In this document: positions 12,568 through 26,909 of the stretch, one piece after another
Position numbering within the stretch: the stretch's first letter is position 1
How the letters are laid out: the number at the start of each line of letters is the position of its first letter
Origin: Eledone cirrhosa
Taxonomy: Eukaryota
DNA: 64,000 bases
Direction of reading: 5' to 3'
Assembly: GCA_964016885.1 (NCBI GenBank)
Contig: OZ024741.1
Coordinates: 321,904,001-321,968,000 of the forward strand
Notes under the pieces: model-generated
Database searches by the model: none
Told to the model about the DNA's origin: nothing
What the model saw: the letters and a program-made list of their open reading frames with translations, nothing else
Translations under genes and position numbers: made by a program

Positions 12568-13659
12568 TAACTAAGAACATAGATTTTACATGTGGCCGGT
12601 GTTCTGGTGCAATAAGTAGCAGCAAGTGCCCACAAAATACTAGCTCTTTCAATTGCGCAGAGGGTTCAATAGAAATAGTGGACAGCTTCCGTTACCTGGG
12701 CGATAAAATCAGCAGTGGGGGAGGGTGCTCTGAAAGTACTGTAGCTAGAGTCAGAACTGGTTGGAAAAAGTTCAGAGAGCTTATACCACTATTAGCTGCT
12801 AAAGGGTTCTCCCTAAAAATGAAAGGCAGGTTGTACGATGCCTGCATACGAACAGCAATGCTGCATGGCAGTGAGACCTGGGCATTGTGTGCAGAGGATA
12901 TACGCAGACTAGAGAGGAACGAAGCTTGCATGCTCCGCTGGATGTGTAACAGTAATATACGTGAACGGCAAAGCATAAACGAACTAAGGAAAAAATTAGA
13001 GATAAGAGGGATCAGATGTTGTTTACTCGAGAGAAGGCTACGTTGGTATGGACACGTGATGCGCATGAAAGTCGATAGCTGTATAACAAAGTGCAGGGCA
13101 ATAAAGATAGACGGTAGTCACGGAATAGGCAGACCTAGAAAAACCTGGGACGAGCTGATAAACTCCGACATCACACACTTACACCTCTCCAAGACAATGT
13201 CACTGGACCGAGACCTTTGGCGGTACTCAGTAACAGAGAAGACCCGCCTTACCTAAATATATAGTAAAACCTACTACAGCCAGTAGGCATCTCTAACAAA
13301 ATACACCCCGTCCCACCACCACCACCCCCACCCCATCCACACCACCCCGTTCTATGTAAAGTTATGTTGGTGCCGCGCCATCCAGGCCGAAACAAATGAG
13401 ATCGTGTAGGTGTCACGACAAAAAAAACACACAGTCCACGCTGTAATGTGGCCGTGTAGGCAACACGGTAAAAACCTCCCAGACCCACACTGTAAATGTG
13501 GTTGGTGTTAGGAAGGGCATCCAACTGTAGAAAACCTGCCAGACAGTCCTATGCGAGCAAGACAATCACTCTTGCCTCAAGTGGGACTACCCCCGTCCAA
13601 ACCCATGCAAGCGTGGAACACGGACGTTAAACGTTGATGATGATGATGATGATGATGAT
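12568..13659 (+). mobile_element. 5'-truncated RTE LINE (copy 2)
   Basis: ORF 12678-13256 open to the natural stop; 3' UTR and (GAT)n tail; TA runs on both sides. Confidence 0.96.
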
Positions 13660-14090
13660 AAATATATATATATATATCAGGTTTAAACCAGTATTAAACT
13701 ACTTAGACCATTATTCACGACTTAGGATAATAGAGTGTGACTGTATTAGAAAGAGTGGGGGAGGGGGTCCCAATGGCTGAGCTTATGCCATTTCGACAGC
13801 TAGTTCCTGCCTGAAAATAGCTGTTGAAGCAATTTGCCACTTAGTATACGAACACCTACTTGATTTATGTAAATTTACTCATCCCATGTGAATCAAGATA
13901 AGACAGACTGTAAGCTGTTTCTTCCCAGGATCATAGAGAGAGTATTAAATAGAATCCAATATGATCTTTAGAAAGATTATATGAAAGCCACCTACAGTTT
14001 GATTCTCACGTTAGACTGCCAAGAACTGGGATTTACTTCCTTCCCAACTACCTAATTATAGTCCGTGCCAAAACCTCTATACAGTATGTT

Positions 14091-14317
14091 TTAAACCTTT
14101 AGCATTTGAACCGGCCATATCCGGCCAGAATTCCCTCACCTCTTTCTGTTCAAACTGGCTGTAACTGGCCACTCTTACTGATGTTACGGTATTGTTCTCA
14201 AAATAAATATCAAAATCTCATAGATTTGATATTATGTGAGATAATTATGTGAGGTAAAGTCTTTACCAGGAAAATATAATAGTAAAATATAGAGCAATGT
14301 AAATGTTAAAGGGTTAA
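14091..14317 (+). mobile_element. piggyBac-type MITE (family A)
   Basis: TTAA-flanked, TIR consensus CCCTTTAGCATTTA...TAAATGCTAAAGGG; five copies in the window. Confidence 0.85.
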
Positions 14318-14319
14318 AC

Positions 14320-14755
14320 CTTACTATATCTCTAATGAAAGTTACTGTCCATTGTTTTTCAAATAATTTGAAAATAACCAAGAATTACAAAACATTTAGT
14401 AATATAATCAATTTTCTCATTAAGCTTGTGTTTGGAACTTAACAAAGGTTCTGATGTAAAGTTAGGATGGATGATTTCTAGATAAAGATAATGGACAATT
14501 TCTGGATAAATTTGTTATACCATATTTTTAATGAAAGACCCTGCCTATTGTTTTCAAATAATTTTGTAAATAATCAAGAATTTGATAAAATTTGTAATAT
14601 AACTGACTTTCTCATTATTAAGCTGGTGTTTAGAACATAACATAAATGTTCTTTATAAAATTTTGATGGGAGGTTTTTAGATAAAAATAAACACTTTAAA
14701 AATAAACCGTTGTGTATCATAGAACCAGGTGCAGTTTGGTATCAAAAGGGCTCAA
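14320..14755 (+). mobile_element. piggyBac-type MITE family B, internally duplicated and degenerate
   Basis: Two related ~190-bp units; ends ...TTTGGTATCAAAAGGG as at 62660. Confidence 0.55.
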
Positions 14756-14869
14756 CAAATAACTGTATATATATATGATATATTTTTCAATATATATTAA
14801 TGTATTTCAAATCCTGAATATTCTAATACATATAAGTGGATTTTATTTCTATATTTTTTTTACTATTTA

Positions 14870-15040
14870 ATAAGGGAGAGAAAGAAAAGGCAATGTTATT
14901 AACCCTTTTTACTGCTTAGTTAGAGAGAAAAAGATAATTTTACCCTTTTTACTATTTAGTTAGAGAGGGGAAACACATTGTTGTTAACCCTTTTTACTGT
15001 TTAGTTAGAGAGGGAAAGACATTATTGTTAACTCTTTTCA
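14870..15040. repeat. Minisatellite of about 40 bp (TTAACCCTTTTTACT..TTAGTTAGAGAG)
   Basis: Four units visible. Confidence 0.75.
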
Positions 15041-15787
15041 GAGTGTCTGTCACTGCTCAGAAGAAGGAAGTTATACTCAAACTGAAAAACCTGTCCTGAA
15101 TACTTGCAACAGAGTGACTTCACTAAATGCACACAGGGTCCAGGTGATTGATTAATATTACCACTAAAGTAGGTTACAGCGGGATTGAATCAAAGACTGC
15201 AGAGAGCAGGAACAACTACCATAAGGTGTTTCAACTAAATAGATGTAAATTATACAACAATGATGATGATGATGATAATGACGATGATGATTGTAACGAT
15301 GGCAGTAAAGATAATAACAAATAAGATGATTGGTGGCGTTATGATAACGATAATATTGATGATGATGATGATGGTTATAAGAGTGACAATACAATTAGCG
15401 ATGGTAATGATAGTAAAGAGGATGATGATGGCTGAGCTATAATGATATTTACAATGGTGATGCTGGCAGTCACATGATAATGTGCATTCATAGTTGTTAG
15501 CCCAAAACTCCTCCTCCTCATCATCCATTCACAAGTTCTCTATAATTATAAAGGGAGACAGTGGGGATTGAAACAGAAACTCAATCATTTGTAATCAATC
15601 ACTGTTTGAACTATTGATACATTAGCTTTATCTTTCCCGAGAGTAATGGTATTTATTTTTAACTTAGCTTACAAACAATAATGGGAACATTTTCGAATAA
15701 TGGGAATATTTTATTGTAAAAGTAGATGAAATACTGACATAGTCTCTAGTGGAATTAAACAGGAAAAATTAGCAAAGAAATTGCAAC

Positions 15788-15834
<47 letters not shown>

Positions 15835-16164
15835 GGAATAAACAAAGGCAACTAATCATCAGAACTGAACAAACAAGATGGAGGAGGGGGACAATGGGTG
15901 AATTAATGAGCGACTTAATGAGGGAGAAAACAAAGGAAACAATGAGGGAGACAATGAGAGATTTACTGAGGGAGCCTCTACATTGTTGCTCAGCCTGTAA
16001 GAAATGGCAGCCAAATCTCCCTATCAAATCACACTATAGTTTTTAAGTAAGAATAAATTTGATAATGTAGTCTTTATTATTATTATCATCGTTTTGTGTA
16101 TTTTTGGTTGGTTAAAATGGCTTTTCTGTGACATAATTGTTAAGGAAGAAGAAATAGTGATATA

Positions 16165-16740
16165 CGATATAGAGAGCAGAATGAGAACGGAATGGAAAAA
16201 GTTGAGGGAGCTACTATAGCAGCTAGCTACAAAAGGTTTTCCCCTCAAAATGAAGGACAGATTGTATGGCAGTGAGACCTGGGCACTGTGTGCATAGGAC
16301 CTATGAACATTGGAAAGAAATGAAGCTGGCATGTGTAATAGTAATAAACATGAATGGCAAAGCATAAATGAACTGAGAGTGAAGCTAGGCATAAGTGGGA
16401 ACAGATGCAGTGTGCAGGAGAGGAGAATGCATTGTTATGGTCATGTGATGCGTATGCTGTATGACAGCTTTAAAAAACACACACAGGGCCCACAAAGTTG
16501 ATGGAAGCTATGGAGTAGGAAAATCCAGGAAGACTTGGGATAGGGTGATAAAAGCGGACCTTGCACAATTGCACCCCTTGAAGGCAATGGCACAGGATTG
16601 AGATCTCTGGCATTAAGCAATAATATAGACCCGCTTTCGCATGTGCATGGGTTGAAGCATATATCTAGTATGCACTAATCTCCCTTACCTTCTCCTTCCA
16701 TACACCTCCAATGCCTTTGATCCACCCCTCACTGTAAGTG
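16165..16740 (+). mobile_element. Old degenerate RTE LINE C-terminal fragment
   Basis: ERNEA...SINELRVKLGI...QERRMHCYGHVMRM; contains stops and deletions. Confidence 0.85.
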
Positions 16741-16944
16741 TCAGAAAATAATGATAAACACATCATCAACCCAACTGAAGGTTTGAACCTGTGGCCAGTG
16801 ACATGGTAGCTGGGTTCTTTAACCACTCAACCATCTCACCCTTGCTACATTAACTCATTTATTATCCCACCACACGTTTATTTTTTTACTATTGTTTTAG
16901 AGAGTTTTATTATTCTATGTGTGTGAAACCCCGTGTTCTTTGTC

Positions 16945-17265
16945 TGAATGAACCAGCCAGATCATGTGTGTATGAATGAACCAATTATATGATGTATGTG
17001 AGTATGGATGAATGATACAACGATATGAAGTGATCTATACGAATGAATGAAATAGCTATATGACATGTATGTGAAGGAACCAACATGATTACGTATGTAT
17101 GTATGAATGAACCAATTAGATGACATGTGCATGAATGAAACAGCTACACCATGATGTATATATGAATGAAAGAACTATCATGTATGCATAAATGAATGAA
17201 ATAGCTATACGATGTGTGTATGAATGAAAAAACTCCATGGTGTGTATGAATGAAACAGCTATATG
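16945..17265. repeat. Degenerate minisatellite of about 30 bp (TATGAATGAA...)
   Basis: About 10 units with an ATGAATGAA core. Confidence 0.75.
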
Positions 17266-17630
17266 CAGTTCTTATTGATATATTGAACTGATGTTAGGAA
17301 TAATAAATTTGTTTTGTTGGCCAAAGCTTTGATATATATTTTCATTTCAATATATTTATTTTATCTCTGCTAGTTTTCATGTGAAGATATACAATATCTA
17401 TCTGACACATTCATTATCCATGGTTTGGGGTTGGCATATTATATTATTTTATTATATTATGCTATATTGTTTTATATAATATTGTAACCACTGTTCTTTC
17501 TGAGTAGTTTTTTTTCTTAATATATGTGCGTGTGTGTGTGTGTGTGTAATTTGCATAGCTTCAAAATACATTGCAACTTCTTATTGCCCTTATAGTTCAA
17601 TCAAAATTGTTCTTTTCCTCACTCTCTCCT

Positions 17631-17666
<36 letters not shown>

Positions 17667-18094
17667 GAATGTGTGTGTTTTGAGCAATGAAAATAAAACA
17701 AAAGGTGAAGATAGGTGTTTAATTAATTAGTTCATTGCTTTACAATCGCTTCAGAAGGTTGATTGATCATGATATATCGATATATTGACCAAAAATAACC
17801 AGGTAGATACCAGTATATATATGATAATAATAAATAGTGGGAACAAAGAATCAGTATTGCATCATATACATATTTAATTACATATTACATATGTTTGACT
17901 GTCGATCAGCTCGAGGAATGAACAATTAATGTTCGATCCTGACACAGGAATCGGAAGCTCCTCAGATACATGTAAATAGATAAATAAATAAATAAATATA
18001 TATATATATATATTACACACATTATATATATCTGTGTGTATATATATATATATATATACACATACACACACATTTTGTATATTTGCTTGTGTGT

Positions 18095-18152
<58 letters not shown>

Positions 18153-18198
18153 TCTTCTTTGCTCATTTATTCTTGAGAGGGTACTCTCAGATGCAACT

Positions 18199-18790
18199 AT
18201 CATCATCATCATCACCGTTTTACGTCCGTTCTTCCACGCTAGCATGGGTTAGACGGGTTGTCCTGTTGTGGGCAGTGTCTGGTCGGCTGATCATGCCTTG
18301 CTCATACAGGAACTGATCTGGCTTGATTTCTACAGCTGGATGCCCTTCCTAACACCAACCTCATTTACAGTGAGTGCTGGGTGCTTTTTCGTGGCGCCTA
18401 CACGTCCACTTTACAGTGTGGGCTGGGTGCTTTTTTGCCGTGGCACCTCCACGGCCACCTTGCGGTGGGGGGAGTGGGGGCATATTGTTTATATGCTTCA
18501 GCATGTACCCATGGGAGGTCGGGTACCCTGTATTACTGCGTGACGCCAGAAGTCACGGTCGTGTGTCATTGACTTTGAGAGGTGTAGTTGGGTAAGGTCG
18601 GCTTTTATCACCTCATCCCAAGTCATCTTGGGTCTCCCCACTCCGCGGTTTCCATCAACTTCTAGTGCTCTGCACCTTTTTATGCAGCTGTCATCCTTCA
18701 TACGCATCACATGTCCATACCAGCGTAACCGCCTCTCCTGCATGCAGCATTTGATTCCTCTTATGCTCAGTCTCTCTCTCAATTCCTCAA
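18199..18790 (-). mobile_element. RTE LINE 3' end, diverged subfamily
   Basis: ORF 18498-18782 ([21 protein letters not shown]...GRPKMTW), 3' UTR and (CAT)n tail on the + strand. Confidence 0.92.
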
Positions 18791-19610
18791 TATCTCCAAA
18801 TGATTCAGCAGGATCTCCAAGTGAGACCAGCCAGATTCATGGAGGTTATTGAACTACCTTACTCGTAGTCTACCTCTGGGTCACCTGCCATTTGGTTTTT
18901 CCCATGAAATCTGTCCTGTGATTCATTACTAATCACATGTCTGAAGTAGCAGAGCTATGATTTCTTGATATGAAGATGTAGTAGCTCTATATGAAGTGAC
19001 TCCTTGATCTCTATTGAGTAATGTTACTCTTTCAGAAGAACTCCATTTCAGCTGCTTGTTTCCACAATCGTATTCTTTTGGTCATTATCAAAGATTCATG
19101 ATCATGTTGCATTATTGCATCAGCTTCTGTAATTCTTGCATCTAATTCAGCCTCCTGCCTTCCATCACTTGTGAAAATGGCCCTGTGATACTTGAACTTC
19201 TCCATCTGCTTCAGTGTATCTCTACTCACATGCCGAGTGCACTGTACAGACTTTCTCAAGAGGATGAATGTCTCAGTTTACGCAGCACTAATTTTCATTC
19301 CTACCTTATAGAGTACTTGTCAGTAAACATATCTAGTGCATATTGGAGATCAACGTCTGATGAATTAAATAGCACCATATCATCTGCAAATATCAGCTGA
19401 TTGAACTCACACTCGCTGGTTGTGATGCCACTTTCAACCCTTCGTTGCATGTCAATCCTGTTCATGAAGTTCATGAACAATACACATTCTTGGTGGAGTC
19501 TGATACCCACATTGAATGATTTCAACTTTGTGCCATTTATCTGAACACAAAAACTCGAGCATTTGTATGGGGTGTATGTGTGGCCATATTTGTGTTCACA
19601 TCTCATAACT
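18790..19610 (-). pseudogene. Degenerate reverse transcriptase fragment of a different RTE-like LINE family
   Basis: ORFs 19301-19606 (FNVGIRLHQ...LIFADDMVL) and 19032-19259 (LKQMEKFKY...FTSDGRQEAELDARI); only a short linker precedes the FKY motif, with no PHD insert. Confidence 0.85.
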
Positions 19611-20074
19611 TAGCTGTTTAACAAATAGATTGATAAAATAATATCAGACTTGAAAAAATAAGTATTAGAGTCAACAGGATCAATTAAATCCTTTTAAGTT
19701 GTGACCTAGCATGTATTGGACCTCCATCTGTTCTGATGAGGAGTCCAGTTGATTTAATGAATGGAAGAGCCTGCTCTTGAAATTGCTCCCTGACCTTATG
19801 GCCTGAAATTTAAGGTTGATCAGTTAGAGAATGAATATACTGTGATACAAAACATGCACAGAGTCAGTTTTTTTAAGTCACCCTACAAAATATTATATAT
19901 AAATGAATGTATATATATATATATATATATATAATACTCACACACACACCCATGTACATACACATAGACACACCTTCAGAAAAACATTCACACACACATA
20001 CACACACCAATACACAGACACTCTCTACTATACACACTCTCCAATATACTCATCAAAACACACACACATACCCA

Positions 20075-20252
20075 TGGCAGTATCGGTAGAGGGTCGGACG
20101 CCATGCTTTCCAGCATAGTTACATCTCTTTACGATCTGAGTTCAAATCCTGCCGAGGTTGACTTTGCCTTTCATCCTTACGGGGTCGATAAAATAAAGTA
20201 CCAGTAATGCACTGTGTAATTGCTGGCCTTGTGCCTAAAGTAGAAACAATTA
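20075..20252 (+). mobile_element. SINE family A, short-tail form
   Basis: Box A TGGCAGTATCGG, box B GAGTTCAAATCC, core, tail TTGCTGGCCTTGTGCCTAAAGTAGAAACAATT. Confidence 0.92.
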
Positions 20253-20856
20253 TCTATATATATAAAACTGAGGATGTCTGTGTGTGTGTGAGTTTGAATC
20301 CCTAAAACTCGAGAACCACCCAACCGACTGTTTTCAAACTTTACTCATGTAATACTTATGTTTCAGAGTGTTCTGAGCAAAAGAAAATTCAAATTTTCAA
20401 TGCCCTAGGACCGCAGTAGGCGATTTAGCGATCTCTCTCTATAATTCTTAGTCTTTCTCTTTTTAGATAGATACATACATATAACGTCACGCCCATATAA
20501 TATCTGTCTGTATGTTTGACTGTCTGCATTACGTCACTTCCCACAATTCCCTCTCCGTCCAGAACATGCCCTTATAATATCTGTCTGTATGTCTGTATGT
20601 CTGCTGCCTGAAATTTCAAGGCATATTATGCACATAAAAAAAATTCATTTTCTTGATCCCCTAGGGCCCACATTAGGTGAAAACCTGCATTTTTCCTGCT
20701 TCATCGAGGAAAATCTTAAAGATTATCCAGCCATCAGAGTATTCGGTTTATTTTCTTTACATATTGTCGAGGCATGCAGTTTTTCCACGATTAGGTCTGT
20801 TGGCGGCCCGCGTTCCAAAATACCTTATCCCGTGCAACGCCGGGTACCACTGCTAG
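20253..20856 (+). mobile_element. Non-autonomous Helitron
   Basis: 5' TC(TATATATATAAAA), subterminal hairpin CCCGTGCAACGCCGGG, 3' CTAG; inserted between A and T with no TSD. Confidence 0.88.
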
Positions 20857-21204
20857 TACTCAATAAAAAAATTCTTCCCTTTTCAAACCTCAAAATCTCT
20901 TGTATCATTCATGAAGTTTAATGATAGTACTGGGATGTGTTTTAGTAAATATTTAATGATTTTATTTAATTAATTAATCATTTTCAATGTTGCAAATAAA
21001 TGATCTTGATATAAGATTCCGAAACTTAATTAAAACAACCCTTATGGAGTACTTTCCATCTTATGGATATTTGAAAATGCGCATAAATTTTAATTGAAAA
21101 TCCATTTGACTTGCTTTGCTTGTGTAAAAAAGTTTTAATTAATTTTTTGCTATGGTTTTCTAATGAGTGAGTTAACTTCCATAATTGTCTGAAAACTTGA
21201 TAAA

Positions 21205-21590
21205 ATAATGATTTTCAATTTAAGCACAAGACCAAAAATTTGTAGGGAATGGAAAGTTGATTAAACAATATTACTGGTACTTTATTTTATTGACCTTGGA
21301 AGGATGAGAGGTAAAGTTCACCTCAGTGAGATAGAGCCAGAAAAATACTGCAATATATTCTGTCCAACACAATAATGATTTTGCCAATCAATCACCCTAA
21401 ATAATAATTGTTTCTACTTTAGGCACAAGGCCAGCAATTACCCAGTGCATTACTGGTACTTTATTTTATCTACCCCGTAAGGATGAAAGGCAAAGTCAAG
21501 CTCGGTGGGATTTGAACTCAGATCGTAAAGGGATGTAACTATGCTGGAAAGCATGGCATCCGACCCTCTACCGTTACTGCCAATCCACCA
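21205..21590 (-). mobile_element. Two tandem SINE family A copies (old 21205-21395; young short-tail 21408-21590)
   Basis: Core, box A and box B in reverse orientation. Confidence 0.85.
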
Positions 21591-21769
21591 ATGATGATGA
21601 TAATACTAATAATGATTTCTTTATTTGCCATACAGGGCTGATACAAAGAAAATTTTAAAGATGGCACAGGATGATACAATGTGGGTTTTTTCATGTAAAA
21701 TGTGTTTAACAAAGCAATAAACAAAAGAAATTCAAGCAAAAGAAAATCCCTAATAGTTTATTCAAGTGT

Positions 21770-22532
21770 ACAGTTCATATGATGGCAGTGTATAGTTTAT
21801 ATACTGACAATGTATAGTTCATATAATGGTTTCTTATATAGACACAAAGCCAGCAACTTTGGTGGCGGGAAAAGTCAATTAAATCGACCCCAGTGCGTGA
21901 CTGGTACTTTATTTTATCGACCCAGTAAGGATGAAAGGCAAAGTTAACCTCGGTGAGATTTGAACTCAGATCATAAAGGCCCGTAACTCTATGCTGCAAA
22001 GCATGGCGTCCGACCATCTACCGATACTGCCAATCTACCGCCCTTGTATAGTTCATATAATTGTTTCTACTTTTGGCACAAGGCCAGCAATTACCCAGTA
22101 CATTACTGGTACTTTATTTTATCGACCCTGTAAGGATGAAAGGCAAAGTTGACCTCGGCGGGATTTGAACTCAGAATGGAAACGGCCGAAACTCTATGTG
22201 TCAAAACATGACGTCCGACCATCTACCGATACTGCCAATCTACCACCCTTGTATAGTTCATATAATGACAGTGTATAGTTTATACAGTGGCAGTATATAG
22301 TTTATACACTGACAGTGTATAGTTTATACACTGACAGTGTATAGTTTATACACTGGCAGTGTACAGTTCATATACTGACAGTGTATAGTTTATACACTGA
22401 CAGTGTATAGTTTATACAGTGGCAGTATATAGTTTATACACTGACAGTGTATAGTTTATACACTGACAGTGTATAGTTTATACACTGGCAGTGTATAGTT
22501 CATATACTGACAGTGTGTAGTTTATACACTGG
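21770..22532. repeat. 21-bp minisatellite (CACTG(A/G)CAGTGTATAGTTTATA) interrupted by two SINEs
   Basis: Units at 21770-21827 and 22250-22532. Confidence 0.9.
21828..22248 (-). mobile_element. Tandem SINE family A pair: long-tail 21828-22043 and short-tail 22062-22248
   Basis: 17-bp TGTATAGTTCATATAAT at 21811, 22045 and 22250. Confidence 0.93.
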
Positions 22533-22539
22533 CATGTTA

Positions 22540-22800
22540 GACTGCTGTTGGTTCCAGTGATGAATGTTCTATCTATTTCATCAATGGAAAAGCCTGCTCA
22601 TGAAATGAACATGAAAGTGGCTGAGCATTCACAGATACATGTACTCATCTCTCAGGGAGATTCAGTATGACAGTGTGATAAGGTTGGTCCTTTGAATCAC
22701 AGGTACAACTAAAAATACATCATATACAGCTAAGAATTGAACTCATGACCTTGCAATCATGAGAACATCCCTAACCTAACCAGTAAGCCACATGCCTTCA
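22540..22800. mobile_element. Fragments of a second interspersed repeat, probably a SINE (family B; CAAGTGGCTGAG...CACAGA domain)
   Basis: Similar sequence at 19720-19790, 40430-40610 and 55445-55700. Confidence 0.55.
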
Positions 22801-23059
22801 AACACATTTTGTATGATAAACATATTGGCTTGCACACTGATACATCAGTTCATGTCAAAGGTCAGTAATTGTTGAATGTACTTTACAGCAGAGATGCTAA
22901 ACAATCAACAACATTTTTGATATGTTGTACAGCAGAAGACACAGCCAACCCCTTGACAGCATGATGGAAAAACTGTCCATAAATATATTGATATTGTTGA
23001 TGTTATATATATATGTGTGTGTGTGATCATCCATCCATTTTCCTGGTACCAAGGGTTTG

Positions 23060-24320
<1,261 letters not shown>

Positions 24321-24777
24321 GCTTAAGAGAAACCACTAACAACAACTTTCTCTCTAAGATGAGGTCGTGAAGGTCTTGAAACATTAATGGACTTAGCAAA
24401 GTTATTGTTCTAAACTAAACATAAAAGAATTATGAGGAAATATGAGAAATCATTACTAAGAAAGATTAAACTCAAACACAATCAGGACTTCAATACAATA
24501 CAAAAAAATATAGCTTTTCCCAATACGCAGACACATTATATATAGACTACAAGCATCACTTATGTGACTTGGTAGCATGTACCATGCTTTTGCTATTGGC
24601 TTTAAGTGTTCATGTAGTTGCAAGTAGACACATTGTGAAAGCATGTGGCTTAATGGTTAGGGAGTTGCATTTATCATCATAAGGTTGTGTGTTTAATTCC
24701 TGGACCAGGTGACATGTTCTTAAGCAGGATGCTGCATTTCATGGTGTTCATTTCACGGTAGTACTGGGGACTATCAT

Positions 24778-25255
24778 TTAACCCTTTAGTACAGTCATGG
24801 GCACCCTGTGGTCCGCGAAGCTTTCTGAATGGCTCGCTTAAGTCACCTAAGTGAAATCTTTCTGCTTTTTTTACCCCATCTTATCAGTCGTAATTTATCT
24901 TTCTATCATTTTTACGACGGAGGAAAACGTGTACGAATTCTGAAGAAACAAATCAAAACAACCTGAGTTGCAACCCTTTTTTTTTAATGTGGGCATAAAT
25001 GTAAATTAGCGCTTGCGGCCTGCCTGATGATGAGCCATATCTAATGCAGCCCGCTTCTCAATATTATATTTTCATGGTAAAGGTTTTACCTCACATAATT
25101 ATCTCACATAATATCAAATCTATGAGATTTTGATGTTATTTATTTTGAGAAAAATACCTTAAAGTCAGTATGAGCAGCCAGTTACAGCTGGTTTGAACAG
25201 AAAGAGGTGAGAGAATTCTGGCCGGATATGGCCGGTTTAAATGCTAAAGGGTTAA
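24778..25255 (-). mobile_element. piggyBac-type MITE family A with about 270 bp of foreign, hAT-MITE-like sequence at 24792-25062
   Basis: Both TTAA-CCCTTTAG termini intact; the insert starts CAGTCATGGGCA and is absent from the other four copies. Confidence 0.75.
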
Positions 25256-25719
25256 ACATTCAAGAAAACTCCTATTACATGCAACCTCATAGGAGGCTAG
25301 CTAAACCTGCATAAGTATGAGCTGTAATATCATTTTTTCAATAAATATGATATTTAGACAATTACTATCATTTAAAATCGAGGATGACTTGTATGCATGT
25401 ACTGTTCTTTCACTCGTGGTTGTAAGTGCCCTTGTAGTCACAGGCAGACACTCTCCTGACCTTATATACCATCATCACCCTCATTATTTATTCCCATTTT
25501 TCTATGGTGTCATGGGTTTGAAGGGGTCATCACAGTACAAATCAGTACTTAATCTCAGTTACTGACTTCCAAGATGTGGTTGGGCTCACATACATTTTGC
25601 TTCTGGTATGGTTTCTATAGCTGGATGCTCCCCATATCACTAACCCCTTTTCAACAGTGGATTGGGTATGTGTATATATATAAATGTGTATTGTGTGTGT
25701 GTATGCATATATATATATA

Positions 25720-26075
25720 TTGGAAAGAAATTAAGCTTGCATGCTCCGATGGATGTGTAATAGTAATGTATAAGAATGGTAAAGTGTAAATGAACTGAGA
25801 GAGAAACTGCACATAAGAGGGATTAAATACAGTCTGCAAGAGAGGAGACTGTGATGGTATGGACTGTGATGCATATGAAAGATGACAGCTGTATATAAAG
25901 GTGCGGGGCGCTCAAAGTTGATGGAAGCTATGGAGTAGGAAGAGCTAGGAAAACTTGGGATTAGGTGATAAAAGCTGAGCTTGCACAATTGCATCTCTCA
26001 AAGGCACAGGATGACACAGGATTGAGATCCCTGGTGTAATGCAGTAATGCAGAAGACCCACCTTTCCATGAGCAT
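25720..26075 (+). mobile_element. Old degenerate RTE LINE C-terminal fragment
   Basis: AAGCTTGCATGCTCCGATGGATGTGTAATAGTAAT... homologous to about 30830-31180. Confidence 0.85.
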
Positions 26076-26329
26076 CTAGTAGTTAATTACGATATATATT
26101 AAAAAATATGTCAAACATCCGACTTGTACAATAAAGTTATATCTGTATATATATATACAGAGTGGGTAAGCAAGACTGTATATATACATATATAACTTTA
26201 TTTATAGGGACACATATAGGATCAGAACCCAGGACCTTGTGATTAGAAAGTGAACTTCTTATTGTAGCAACCATAACTGAGATAGGAAATGCATTGTGTG
26301 TGTAAATTGTAAAATATTAGAGACGCATA

Positions 26330-26650
26330 CAGAGGTGGATTTAGACCTTGTTGGGGGACAGGGCAGTTCAGGTTTTTTTTTTTTGGGGGGGGGGGCCCTC
26401 TTATACAAAAAAAATTAGAATACACCCCCCCCCCCCCCATTTTATATATCAAAGTTAGCTTGGTGCAAGTAATTGGAATTGAAAAATTATACATGCAGTT
26501 ATTAAATTAAAAAATTCTAACCATCCTAAAACTAAAAAAACCCAGCTGGAGGGCAAAAAATAAATTGCTATGGCCATTGCTATGCCCCTCCCCCCCACTG
26601 TGGGGTCCCGGGGTAATTGTTCCCTTTGCTCCCCATTAAATTTGGCCCTG
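26330..26650. mobile_element. Putative MITE with imperfect TIRs
   Basis: CAGAGGTGGATTTAG ... TTAAATTTGGCCCTG, with internal GGGGCCC motifs; superfamily uncertain. Confidence 0.45.
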
Positions 26651-26686
26651 CACACATATACACACACACACATATATATATATATT

Positions 26687-26861
26687 CACTGTAAATGAAG
26701 TTGGCGTTAGGAAGGGCATCCAACTGTAGAAACCAAGCCAGAATCAGTTCTGTATGAGCAAGACATGGTCATCTGACCTAGCATTACCCACAACAGGACA
26801 ACTCATCTAACCCATGCTAGCGTAGATGAATAGATGTAAAACGGCAATGATGATGATGATC
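26687..26861 (+). mobile_element. RTE LINE 3' UTR fragment
   Basis: GTTAGGAAGGGCATCCAACTGTAGAAA...CCCATGCTAGCG...(GAT)n. Confidence 0.85.
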
Positions 26862-26909
26862 ATATACACACACAAGCACATATGGTATATTATTATGGTT
26901 GATTATATA

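Noticed and set aside
22250-22532. CRISPR-like array (also considered at 10255-10780 and 36000-36270)
   Set aside because: Contiguous tandem units without unique spacers, no cas genes, eukaryotic context.
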